From positions 369-64,368 of the forward strand of contig JACRJZ010000169.1 in assembly GCA_016219875.1 (NCBI GenBank): a DNA stretch of 64,000 nucleotides, given 5' to 3'. Source of the DNA: Verrucomicrobiota bacterium. Its GTDB lineage: Bacteria; Verrucomicrobiota; Verrucomicrobiia; Limisphaerales; JACRJZ01. Below the pieces are notes generated by a model. The model had not been told where the DNA came from. It made no database searches and saw only the letters and a program-made list of their open reading frames with translations. This document shows positions 29,056 through 37,982 of this stretch, one piece after another. The translations under genes and the position numbers were made by a program. Numbering within the stretch: the stretch's first letter is position 1; the number at the start of each line of letters is the position of its first letter.

Positions 29056-32000
29056 CGATTTCCTGGAGGGCAGGCGCCGGCGCCGACTCGGCCAGTTCGA
29101 AGTCTTCGGCGATCGCGCCGGGTTCTTCGCCTCCGTGTTGCTTGGCGATCAAGACGTAGATCGCAGGAATGACCAGCAGCGTGAACACGGTCCCCAGGGC
29201 CATGCCGGCGACAACCGTGATGCCGATCGAGTTGCGGGCCGCGGCGCCGGCGCCGGACACCAGCGTCAGCGGGAAGTGGCCGGCCACGGTGGCCACGCTG
29301 GTCATCAACACCGGGCGCAGCCGCACGAGGGCCGCCTGGCGCACCGCCTGGATTTTGCTGAGGCCGGTGCGTTGCAGCTCGTTGGCGAACTCCACGATGA
29401 GGATGCCGTTCTTCGAGACGAGGCCGACCAGCGTGACCAAGCCGACCTGCGAATAGATGTTGAGCGTCGTGGTCCAGCCTTGCGTCCAGAACGGCATGTC
29501 CTGGCCGGGCATTTTGAGGAAGCTGAAGATCAGCGCGCCGAACATGGCCAACGGCACCGACCCGAGAAGGATGATGAGCGGGTCGCGGAAGCTGTTGAAC
29601 TGCGCCGCCAGCACCAGGAAGATCAGGATCAGCGCCAGGGTGAAGGCCGGCAGGAACTTGGTTCCCTCCACGCGCAATTGCCGGGATTCACCGCTGTAGT
29701 CGAGCTTGTAGCCTCGCGGCAGGATCTTGGCCGCTTCGTCCTCCAGGAACTTGAGCGCCTCGTCGAGCGGACGGACGGCCACGCCGCTGATCTTCACGGC
29801 GTTGAATTGCTGGAAGCGGTTGAGGGCGCGCGGCCCGGTTTTCTTGTGCAGCGTGGCGAACGTGCTCAGCGGCACCAACTGGCCGTTCGGCCCTTTCACG
29901 TAATTGTCCTCAAGCTGGCTGGCGTCCAAGCGGGCCACGCGCTTGAGTTGCGGGATCACCTTGTAGCTCCGGCCGTCGAAGTTGAAGCGGTTCACAAAGT
30001 TGCCGCCCACCAGCGTGGCGAGGTCCGCGCCCACCGTCCGCATGTCGAGGCCCAGCGAGGCCACCTTGTCGCGGTCCAGCACCAGTTCGATCTCGGGCTG
30101 ATCGACCTTGGTGTCGATAATGGGCGGGAACGCGAACATGCCGTTCGTCGCGGCCTTGTGCTGCAGCGTCTGGGCGAATTGCAGGATCGTCTCCGGCTCG
30201 GCCGTGGCCGCGATGACGAACTCGACCGGGAATTGCCCGCCGCCCGGCAGTGCCGACGGGATGGCCGAGAGCACCCGGACGCCGGGGATGGCGTTGAGCT
30301 TCTGCTGCACTTGCGGGAGGACTTCAAACACGGGGCGCTTGCGTTCGCCCCACGGCTTGAGCACCAGCCCGCCAAAGCCATTGTCGGGAAACGTGATTTG
30401 GAAGGTCCGCTCGAACTCCGGCACGGCCATCCACTCGCGGTTGACGGCTTCAGTGTAAAACGTGGTCTGGTCAATCGTCGCGTCCGCGGGCGCCTCGACG
30501 ATGCCAAAGATGATGCTTTGGTCTTCCGTCGGCGCGAGTTCCTTGGGCGCCATCATGAACATCGGGATCGCCAGCAAGCTCAGGGCGATCCAGATGATAT
30601 AGACGGCGGGCCGCGCGGACAGCGTGGCATCGAGCACGCGTCCGTAGAGCCGGCGCAAGCGGTCGAAATCGTGGTTGATCCGGCCGACCAGGCCACGCTC
30701 CTCGCGCCCGGCCACAAGCAATTTCGAGGACATGACCGGCGAGAGCGTGAGGGCGACCACGCCCGAGATGAAGACCGCGCCGGCCAGCGTGAAGGCGAAC
30801 TCGCGGAAGAGCGAACCCGTCAGCCCGCCTTGCAGGCCGATCGGCGCATACACCGCGGCCAGCGTGATGGTCATGGCGATCACCGGCCCGACCAGCTCGC
30901 GCGCGCCCAACAGCGCCGCTCGCGTGGGCGTTTGCCCTTCGCGCACGTGGCGTTCGACGTTTTCCACGATCACGATGGCGTCATCGACCACCAGCCCGAC
31001 GGACAAGACGATGGCCAGGAGCGTGAGCAAGTTGAGCGTGAACCCGAAGACCTGCATCAGGAAGATGGCGCCGATGAGCGAGATCGGAATCGCCACCAGC
31101 GGCACCAGCACCGAACGGATCGAGCCGAGGAAGAGGAAGATCACGATGGCCACGATGAGCAGTGTTTCGCTCAACGTCTTCAGCACTTCCTGGATGGCGT
31201 CTTCGATGTATTTGGTGGCGTCGTAGGCGATCCGGCCCGTCAGCCCGGTGGGAAGCTCCTTCTCGATCGACGCCATCTCCGTGCGGATGCGTTTGATGAC
31301 GTCCAGGGAGTTGGCGTTGGGCAGCGGCCAGATGCCCATGAAGACCGCCTTCTCGCCGCCGAACCGGACCTCGGATTCGTAATTCTCCGCCCCCAACTCC
31401 ACGTCGGCCACGTCCCGCAAGCGGACGAGCTGGTCGCCGGATTGGCGGACGACGAGGTTCCGGAATTCTTCGACCGAGCGCAAATCGGTGTTGGCGGTCA
31501 GGTTCACCTGCACGAGCGAGCCTTTGGTGCGGCCGACGGCGGACAAGAAGTTGTTCGCGGCCAGCGCCTCGCGGATTTGGTTCGGATGGATGTTCATCGC
31601 GGCCAGACGGTCGGGCTTGAGCCAGATGCGCATGGCAAACGTGCGGCCACCCAGAATGTCCGCGCGCTGGACGCCTTCGAGGGCGGAGAGGCGGGGCTGG
31701 ACCACGCGGACGAGGTAATCCGTGATCTGGTTGGCCTCCAGAATGTCCGAGGTGAAACTCAGATAGGCGGAGGCAAACCGCGAATCGGCGGACTCGATGT
31801 TGATGATCGGCACCTCGGCTTCGGGCGGCAGGTCGTTGCGGACTTGGTCCACCTTCGAGCTGATCTCGGCCAGGGCCTTGGTGGAATCGTAGTTCAGCTT
31901 GAGGCGAATCGTGATCGTGGACAGGCCCAGCTTGCTGCTGGACTCGATGTAGTCAATGCCGTCGGCCGCGGCGATGGCCCGTTCCAGCGGCGTGGTGATG

Positions 32001-32188
32001 AACCCGCGGACCAAGTCGGCGCTGGCGCCGACATAGACCGTGGTGACGGTGACGGCGGCGTTTTCGCTGCGCGGATATTGGCGGACGTTGAGCGACTTGA
32101 TCGCCTGAAACCCGGCGATCAGGATCACCAGGTTGACGACCAGGGCCAGCACCGGCCGGCGGATGAACAGATCAGTGAAGGTCTTCAT
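29039..32188 (-). CDS. RND multidrug efflux permease (HAE1, AcrB/MdtB-like), pump 2
   Basis: 1049 aa. MKTFTDLFIRRPVLALVVNLVILIAG N-terminus, VVDDAIVIVENVERH, 12-TM RND topology. Confidence 0.9.
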   Translation of the reverse strand: MKTFTDLFIRRPVLALVVNLVILIAGFQAIKSLNVRQYPRSENAAVTVTTVYVGASADLVRGFITTPLERAIAAADGIDYIESSSKLGLSTITIRLKLNYDSTKALAEISSKVDQVRNDLPPEAEVPIINIESADSRFASAYLSFTSDILEANQITDYLVRVVQPRLSALEGVQRADILGGRTFAMRIWLKPDRLAAMNIHPNQIREALAANNFLSAVGRTKGSLVQVNLTANTDLRSVEEFRNLVVRQSGDQLVRLRDVADVELGAENYESEVRFGGEKAVFMGIWPLPNANSLDVIKRIRTEMASIEKELPTGLTGRIAYDATKYIEDAIQEVLKTLSETLLIVAIVIFLFLGSIRSVLVPLVAIPISLIGAIFLMQVFGFTLNLLTLLAIVLSVGLVVDDAIVIVENVERHVREGQTPTRAALLGARELVGPVIAMTITLAAVYAPIGLQGGLTGSLFREFAFTLAGAVFISGVVALTLSPVMSSKLLVAGREERGLVGRINHDFDRLRRLYGRVLDATLSARPAVYIIWIALSLLAIPMFMMAPKELAPTEDQSIIFGIVEAPADATIDQTTFYTEAVNREWMAVPEFERTFQITFPDNGFGGLVLKPWGERKRPVFEVLPQVQQKLNAIPGVRVLSAIPSALPGGGQFPVEFVIAATAEPETILQFAQTLQHKAATNGMFAFPPIIDTKVDQPEIELVLDRDKVASLGLDMRTVGADLATLVGGNFVNRFNFDGRSYKVIPQLKRVARLDASQLEDNYVKGPNGQLVPLSTFATLHKKTGPRALNRFQQFNAVKISGVAVRPLDEALKFLEDEAAKILPRGYKLDYSGESRQLRVEGTKFLPAFTLALILIFLVLAAQFNSFRDPLIILLGSVPLAMFGALIFSFLKMPGQDMPFWTQGWTTTLNIYSQVGLVTLVGLVSKNGILIVEFANELQRTGLSKIQAVRQAALVRLRPVLMTSVATVAGHFPLTLVSGAGAAARNSIGITVVAGMALGTVFTLLVIPAIYVLIAKQHGGEEPGAIAEDFELAESAPAPALQEIEAAAK

Positions 32189-32204
32189 GGGCTGCTCCCG
32201 TGGA

Positions 32205-33335
32205 TCAACTGTCCGCCGGACGCGGCGTGGCGGAGGGCTTGGGCTCCAGGTTGTTGTTCTCGACCACGGGCATGTTGTTGCGCAGCTTGAACAGGCCCGC
32301 GCTCACGATGCGGTCGCCGGGCTTGAGGCCCGACACCACGCTGAGAAAATCGCCGCGCGCCCGCCCGGTGCGGACGAACTGCTGGCGCACGAGCAACCCC
32401 GCCGGGCCGTTCGTGTCGGCGGGCTTGGATTCGATCACGTACACCGAGTCGCCGTAGGGGGCGCTCAGCACCGCGGTGGCCGGGACCACCAACACCTTCT
32501 GCTCCTCCGGCAGCAGCACTTCCACCCGGGCAAACATGCCGGGCCGCAACAACTGCTCCGGGTTCGTGAACGTGGCCTGCAGGCGCACGCTGCGAGTGCC
32601 TTGATCCAGGTCGGGGTTCATCGCGGTCAGCACGCCTTCAAATTTCTTGTCCGGGTAGGCGTCGGTGGTGACGCGCACCGGCATCCCGGTGGAGAGCCGG
32701 GCCAAGTCCTGCTGCGGCAACGAGAACTCGGCGTACACCGGCTGCAAGGACTGGAGTGAGACGATGGGTTTGCCCGTGTCCAGGTATTGGCCCAGGTTGA
32801 CCAGGCGGAGGCCCAGGCGGCCGGCGAACGGCGCGCGGATCGTCTTCTTCGCAATGGTGGCGCGGATGGTGTCGGCATTGCCCAGTTGCTGTTTCAAGGC
32901 CGCTTCCGCCGAGTCCAGTTCGGCTTGAGACACCGTGTTGTCGGCGCGGAGCTTGCGTGCTCGTTCAGCACTGATCCGGAACCATTCCACCTGCGCCTCC
33001 GTGGCCCGGAGTTGGGCTTCTTCAGACGAAGTGTCCAGCCGCACGAGCAGAGCGTCCTTGGCCACGACCGCACCGGACTCGAACGCGATCTCGCGCACCG
33101 TGCCCGGAATGTCCGGCGTGACGGTGACGCCCTGAACGGCCGTGATGGAACCAATGGCGGTGAGCGTGCCCTGCCAGTTCTCCTCGCGCGCGACGGTGGC
33201 CGAGATGGTTTCGGGAGGCGGCGCGAAGGACTTGCCGGCGTCTATGAGTTTCCTGATCTGAAGGGTTTTGACCCCGGCGAGCGCGCCCAGGACAAGGAGC
33301 ACGATGACTACAGCGAAAACGATTTTGAGTTTCAT
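32205..33335 (-). CDS. RND efflux periplasmic adaptor (membrane fusion protein), pump 2
   Basis: N-terminal TM anchor, lipoyl/coiled-coil/beta-barrel pattern (IRAPFAGRLGLRLVNLGQYL). Lies 16 nt upstream of the permease. Confidence 0.85.
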   Translation of the reverse strand: MKLKIVFAVVIVLLVLGALAGVKTLQIRKLIDAGKSFAPPPETISATVAREENWQGTLTAIGSITAVQGVTVTPDIPGTVREIAFESGAVVAKDALLVRLDTSSEEAQLRATEAQVEWFRISAERARKLRADNTVSQAELDSAEAALKQQLGNADTIRATIAKKTIRAPFAGRLGLRLVNLGQYLDTGKPIVSLQSLQPVYAEFSLPQQDLARLSTGMPVRVTTDAYPDKKFEGVLTAMNPDLDQGTRSVRLQATFTNPEQLLRPGMFARVEVLLPEEQKVLVVPATAVLSAPYGDSVYVIESKPADTNGPAGLLVRQQFVRTGRARGDFLSVVSGLKPGDRIVSAGLFKLRNNMPVVENNNLEPKPSATPRPADS

Positions 33336-33363
33336 GGTTTCAAAAGGGTGGAGGGACGACGGG

Positions 33364-33957
33364 TCAGGAGGCTTGGGCGCCCGAGAGGAAGAGCCGCACG
33401 ATGCGCTGCGCGGTACGGGCGGTGAGCGAGGGCAGAGCGCCGACCAGATACCCCATGACGTAGAAGTTCATGATTCCGGCGAAGCCCATGGCCAATTCTT
33501 CCGCGTCAAACCGGCGGCCCAACTCTCCGCGCGCCACGGCCTGCTGGATCAGGCCGCGGATGAATTCGAGGTTGCACTTGGCCCGCTGCACGCATCGCGC
33601 TTCGTGCGGGACCTCGCCCCGCGCGGCAAAAGCGGAGGCGAACGCCAGCCGCATCAGTTCGCGGTTCTTCGCAATGAACTTGAACGAGGCGGCGCCAATC
33701 TCCGTCAATTGGCCCGCCAGGTCCCCCTTGCGCGCCGCCGCCTCCCGCATGAGCCGCAGGCGCTCTTCGAAAGCCCGGTCCACGATGGCGCGGTAGAGGT
33801 CGGCCTTGTTCTTGAAGTGGTAGTAGAGGGCCGGCTTGCTGACGCGGGCCGCATCGACGATCTCCTGCACGGAGGCGCCGGCGTAGCCCTTTTCCGCAAA
33901 GGTCTTGAGCGCCACGTGCAGGATGCTCTGCCGTGTATCGATGCTTGTCGTCTTCAT
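33364..33957 (-). CDS. TetR/AcrR-family transcriptional regulator
   Basis: Start moved to ATG 33957 (MKTTSIDTRQSILHVALKTFAEKGYAGASVQEIVDAARVSKPALYYHFKNK, the TetR HTH). Confidence 0.85.
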   Translation of the reverse strand: MKTTSIDTRQSILHVALKTFAEKGYAGASVQEIVDAARVSKPALYYHFKNKADLYRAIVDRAFEERLRLMREAAARKGDLAGQLTEIGAASFKFIAKNRELMRLAFASAFAARGEVPHEARCVQRAKCNLEFIRGLIQQAVARGELGRRFDAEELAMGFAGIMNFYVMGYLVGALPSLTARTAQRIVRLFLSGAQAS

Positions 33958-33960
33958 CAA

Positions 33961-33978
33961 ACTTACCGAACGGTAGGT
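33961..33978. promoter_or_regulatory. palindromic candidate TetR operator
   Basis: ACTTACCGAACGGTAGGT (arms CTTACCG / CGGTAGG with one mismatch) begins 4 nt upstream of the TetR start codon. Confidence 0.4.
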
Positions 33979-34028
33979 ATGGAGCCTGCCGGTGTCAAAT
34001 GGGATTTCCGGGGGTTGGAATTCCCGGA

Positions 34029-36125
34029 TCACTTCCCTACTGCCGCCCCGGCCCGCTTCGCCGCGTCCAGCATCGCCTCCGCGCCCACCGGCGCGCCGGC
34101 GGCGCCTTGCATCCACAGGTCGGGCGTCACGTTGCCCTGCCGGGCCATGCGCTCGAACTCGGCCCCGAAGCGGCCGCCTTGGCGGAACCGTCGCTCAATT
34201 TGGAAACCGATCAAGTGGCCAATCGGATAGTCGGGCAGATAGAGCACGTCCCGGATCAGGTGCGAGTAGATGGCCAGCAGCGTCACGTCGCGCTGCGGGA
34301 AGACACGCGCGTAGTAGTGGTTCCAAAGGTCGCGGGCCAGCGCGAGGGTGGCGGCCTTCAGTTCCGCCGGCGTGGCTTCCGGGTGGTCGTACATCCAGTG
34401 CCAGACCGCCATGTCCAGGAGCGCCACGCCCGCGATCTCGCACGTCGCCCAAAACTCGTGGAGCGTGCGCCGCGCGTCCGAGTTGGGGTCGGGCGCGGCC
34501 AAGCCCAGCAATTCCAGATCGTGCCCCTGCACCACCATGGCCATCGCCTCGGTGAAGGCGTTGTTCGGCACGCCTTGGAGCAGCGTGTGGTCCACGAAGT
34601 CGAGCGAGAAAGTCTGCTCGAGGTTGTGGCCCATTTCATGGAGCGCGATGTTGAAGCCCTTGAAGTCCATGCCGCCTTTCTCGACGCGGGTGCGCAGGCG
34701 GGCCTTCTGGCCGCGCATCGCGCCGCCCATGGCGTGGCCCGTGCCGCGCGAGCCTTCCACGTCGATGTTCGCCCGCAAAAACTCCGCGCGCTCGCGGGTG
34801 AAGCCCAGCTTCGCCAGCAGGTTCGGCATGTCGTCGCGGTAAGCGGCGGCGGTCGGGTACCGCTTTCGCACGATCTCGTCCAATTGGGCCTCCGTGTAAG
34901 CGCCGCGTGGGACGAAGCCGTGGTACCAAATGTCGAACGGCTCCAACGGGCGGCCCAGGCGTTTGGCAATCAGCTTCCCGGTTTCGACAAACTGGGACGA
35001 GCGCAGCAAGTCCTCCAGCATCTCCTTCACGCGCGCCTCGCTCATCTGCCGGTCATCCTCGAAGCGCCGGGCGATCAGCGTGGGCGTGCGCGGCGAGAAC
35101 GGGTCCTCGGCGCGGCAGGCGCGGAAGATGGCCAGCAGTTTGGCGTAGCGAGTGTCAGGCTCAGGCCGCGCGTCCAGTGGCACGTTCATCGGTGCCGCCA
35201 CTTCGAGGTCCGCCACCGGCGAGAGTTTCACTTCGTTGCTGAAAGGGTCCCAGTCCACGCGCGGGTTGTTGATCACGGCCTGGGGGATGGATTGGTCGAT
35301 GATGCGCTCCATCACGCGCTGGATCAGGCGTTGGCGGGCGAGGCCGGAGGCGGCGTCGGCGTACTGGGCTTTGATCTCGTCCCGCAGGTTCCAATGGGTG
35401 ATCAGCCGCAGTTTCGGCGGAAAGGGCCTTGCTCCTTTCGCGTCGAGGAGGTGGTGCATGCAAATCTTGTATTCGTTGATGTACAACTCCGCGTCCGCCT
35501 GCGCGGCGGCGATGCCTTGGGTGACGGCGGCGGGGACGCGTTTCGCGAAGCGCTGCGCCAGCCGCGCCTCGGCCCATTGACGGCGCGACCACTTTTCTCC
35601 CTCCCTCAGCCGTTCCTCGAGCGTGGTAAGCGGGAAATTCAGCAGGACGGCGAAGGCGAGCTTGTTGCCGAAAAAATCCTCCGCTACGTGCGCCGCCGGC
35701 TCGTAGGCCGAAAAGGCTTCGTCAAACGGCAAGACCGGGCCGCGGTCGAGGTCGGTGTGCAGTTTGAACTCGTAACGCAGTTCTGCCATGTGGCCGTCCA
35801 ACACCTCCAACCGCCGCTGAAACCGCCCGAAGAGCGCGTCGAGCGTCATTGCATCCCCGGCGAAGTTCTCCCGCGCGAACGCCTCGAACACGGCGGCGCC
35901 GCCGTCCTCCGCGCGCCAGAACTGGCCGGCCTGCCGCAAACCGCGCTGAGCGCGCCCCCGCTGGTCTTCGCCATGCCGGGCGGTCAATTCGCGTTCGAGT
36001 TTGACCGAGGATTCCTGAAACCAGTCCGGGGGGTTCGGTGCCGTGGCCGCGTGGCCGAGGCCGGACGCCAGCCAGAAGGCCAGGAAGGATCGTGACGGAA
36101 TCCGCAAGAGCGAATGTGTTTTCAT
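34029..36125 (-). CDS. secreted gluzincin metallopeptidase (M2/M3-like, HExxH + downstream Glu)
   Basis: Start moved to ATG 36125 (MKTHSLLRIPSRSFLAFWLASGLGHA signal). HEMGH is followed 26 residues later by NAFTEAM. The spacing resembles ACE/M3 HExxH...E. Confidence 0.7.
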   Translation of the reverse strand: MKTHSLLRIPSRSFLAFWLASGLGHAATAPNPPDWFQESSVKLERELTARHGEDQRGRAQRGLRQAGQFWRAEDGGAAVFEAFARENFAGDAMTLDALFGRFQRRLEVLDGHMAELRYEFKLHTDLDRGPVLPFDEAFSAYEPAAHVAEDFFGNKLAFAVLLNFPLTTLEERLREGEKWSRRQWAEARLAQRFAKRVPAAVTQGIAAAQADAELYINEYKICMHHLLDAKGARPFPPKLRLITHWNLRDEIKAQYADAASGLARQRLIQRVMERIIDQSIPQAVINNPRVDWDPFSNEVKLSPVADLEVAAPMNVPLDARPEPDTRYAKLLAIFRACRAEDPFSPRTPTLIARRFEDDRQMSEARVKEMLEDLLRSSQFVETGKLIAKRLGRPLEPFDIWYHGFVPRGAYTEAQLDEIVRKRYPTAAAYRDDMPNLLAKLGFTRERAEFLRANIDVEGSRGTGHAMGGAMRGQKARLRTRVEKGGMDFKGFNIALHEMGHNLEQTFSLDFVDHTLLQGVPNNAFTEAMAMVVQGHDLELLGLAAPDPNSDARRTLHEFWATCEIAGVALLDMAVWHWMYDHPEATPAELKAATLALARDLWNHYYARVFPQRDVTLLAIYSHLIRDVLYLPDYPIGHLIGFQIERRFRQGGRFGAEFERMARQGNVTPDLWMQGAAGAPVGAEAMLDAAKRAGAAVGK

Positions 36126-36234
36126 GTGCTGAGCGACTGGGCAGTGCGTGCAACCAACGGGCGCAGCGTAACAGTGGGGCACGACCGAGGCAAGCAACTG
36201 GGCCACTTTCAACGCGGTAGCAGCCGGCGTGACA

Positions 36235-36432
36235 GGACTGCCTCAAGCTCCCGCCCGGCGCACCGGGTAGCGCAGGTTTTCCAACCTGCCGTAGCGCCGA
36301 CTTGCAGTCGGCCAGGCCGTGAAATTTTCAGCCAGCTTGCCTCTTCCAACGCTCGCCGGTTAGAAAACCGGCGATACGGCAGACTGGAAAGTCTGCGCCA
36401 CGAGTGCTCCCGAACCGAGCTTGAGGCAGCCC
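36235..36432 (-). repeat. MITE-like ~196-bp element, copy B (inverted relative to copy A), nested between REP half-arms
   Basis: TIRs CTGCCTCAAGCTC (36238-36250) / GAGCTTGAGGCAG (36417-36429), with the same three hairpins as copy A. Flanked by GGTAGCAGCCGGCGTGACAGG on the left and CCTGACGTCGGCTGCTAC on the right, which are REP arm sequences. Confidence 0.75.
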
Positions 36433-36584
36433 TGACGTCGGCTGCTACGCTACGAGGTTTTGAAATCGCCTCATCCGAGTAGGATTTTGTCCGATGAAGG
36501 AATCAGGTTTCTCAGTACAGATGAATCGGATTCAGACCGATGCTCCCGGAGAGGCGATTGTGCGAAGATGCCGGGGTGAAAAAG

Positions 36585-37412
36585 ATGCGGAGAAAAGCGG
36601 GTGGAACGCGACTCAGCGACGCGCCCCACGGCGCCGCGGCGAGAACCTGGGACGGCGCCGCCGGCAGCGTGGCCGGCTTGACGGAATTGGTGACGGCCCA
36701 TCAGGCGGAGGTGCGCCGCTTCGTGGAGCGGGCGCTGCCCAACCGGGAAGACGCCGCCGATGTTTACCAACAGACCTTGCTCCAGGCTTATCGCCGGTGG
36801 CCGAGTTTCCGGGGCGAGAATTTTCGCGCCTGGCTGTTCACGATCGCCCGCCACTTGATCGTGGATCACTACCGAGCCCAGCGCCGGTTTACCTTTGTGG
36901 ACGTGACCCAAACGGGTTTGTGGGACTCGGAACCGGCGCTGCAAGTCCCGTCCGAAGTGGTGCGCCTGGCCTTTGAGAGCCGCGAACGGCTCCAGCTCTG
37001 TCTGCGCTGCGTCACGCACCGGCTGCCCCTCCACGGCCAAGTCGCCTTGCTGCTGGCGGATTTTTATGGGTTCACGGACAAGGAATCGGCTGTTGCCGTG
37101 CGGCTGAGTCTGCCGGCTTTCAAAAAGCTGCTCCGCAAGTCGCGCGCTCACCTGCGAATCACCGCTCTGGGCGTTTGCCCGCACGTCGCCTCCGGCGACT
37201 GCCCGCTCGTGCGGCCAACCGTTGTGGCGGACAACGGTCCTGATTCCACTGGGGTCAGCCCCGTTGGCGCCGGCGCGCCAAAGTCGCCCGGACCGTCTCC
37301 CCGGAAGCCAAAACGCGACATCTCCGCCGTGCTCGTGACGTTGCGGCAGGAATTGCTGGATGGCTTGGGACTGGACCACGGGGCCGATGAGGCCCGCGGC
37401 CCGATGATCTGA
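36585..37412 (+). CDS. ECF-type sigma-70 family factor with ~95-aa Cys-containing C-terminal extension
   Basis: Region 2 is DVYQQTLLQAYRRWPSFRGENFRAWLFTIARHLIVDHYR. Region 4 is LLADFYGFTDKESAVAVRLSLPAFKKLLRKSRAHL. CLRC sits in the linker and CPHVASGDCP after region 4. The start could be 36540 or 36585. Confidence 0.8.
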   Translation: MRRKAGGTRLSDAPHGAAARTWDGAAGSVAGLTELVTAHQAEVRRFVERALPNREDAADVYQQTLLQAYRRWPSFRGENFRAWLFTIARHLIVDHYRAQRRFTFVDVTQTGLWDSEPALQVPSEVVRLAFESRERLQLCLRCVTHRLPLHGQVALLLADFYGFTDKESAVAVRLSLPAFKKLLRKSRAHLRITALGVCPHVASGDCPLVRPTVVADNGPDSTGVSPVGAGAPKSPGPSPRKPKRDISAVLVTLRQELLDGLGLDHGADEARGPMI

Positions 37413-37982
37413 TAGGCCAACCCAGCCGCTTGGTTCCGCGCCCTCGTTCGCCTGAACGAGAGAGGCGAATTCAAAATTCTGTAGCGGCGGGCCTCCGGCC
37501 TGCCGTCGAGGGCGCGCTTCCAGCCGCCCGGCTGGGGCCAAAGACCCTCTGACCGCCTCGACAACTCCACGACCCTCTCCGCCGGACGAGAAGCCGCCAG
37601 CGCGCATGCCTGAAGGCAAGAAAACCCCTGAGAGCACGTCCGAGGACTCGGTTGGGAATTCGGCTTCAGCCGGTCGGGTGCCCGGACCGCCTGAAGGCGG
37701 GACTCCGAACACTGCCGCCAAAGCGTGCCCCCGTGGAGACAAGCTCCAGCGCCCAGCACCAACCGCCGGCACAGGAAGGGTACCATTTTGAGCGGCTGGC
37801 TCGTCTCCACTTATGAGGGCATTAAGGGATTAGAATAAGCTCGGTTCGCGCCTGCAGCGCGGGCGGGCCACCCAACAACCGGACGCGGGCACTCTGGCCC
37901 GCCGCGGAAGCGGTTCCAGAGGTCGGCCCGTCCATCGTGGCGGGCCGACAGTGCAATCCAAAACCATGCGAAAGAAGCAGTC

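Noticed and set aside
37413-37982. A missing anti-sigma factor gene in the 570-bp gap after the first ECF sigma (for example ORF 37606-37791).
   Set aside because: The only ORFs are short, lack a TM segment or zinc-binding anti-sigma motif, and overlap recognisable repeat sequence (GTAGCGGCGGGCCTCCGGCC, CCGGACCGCCTGAAGGCGGGAC).
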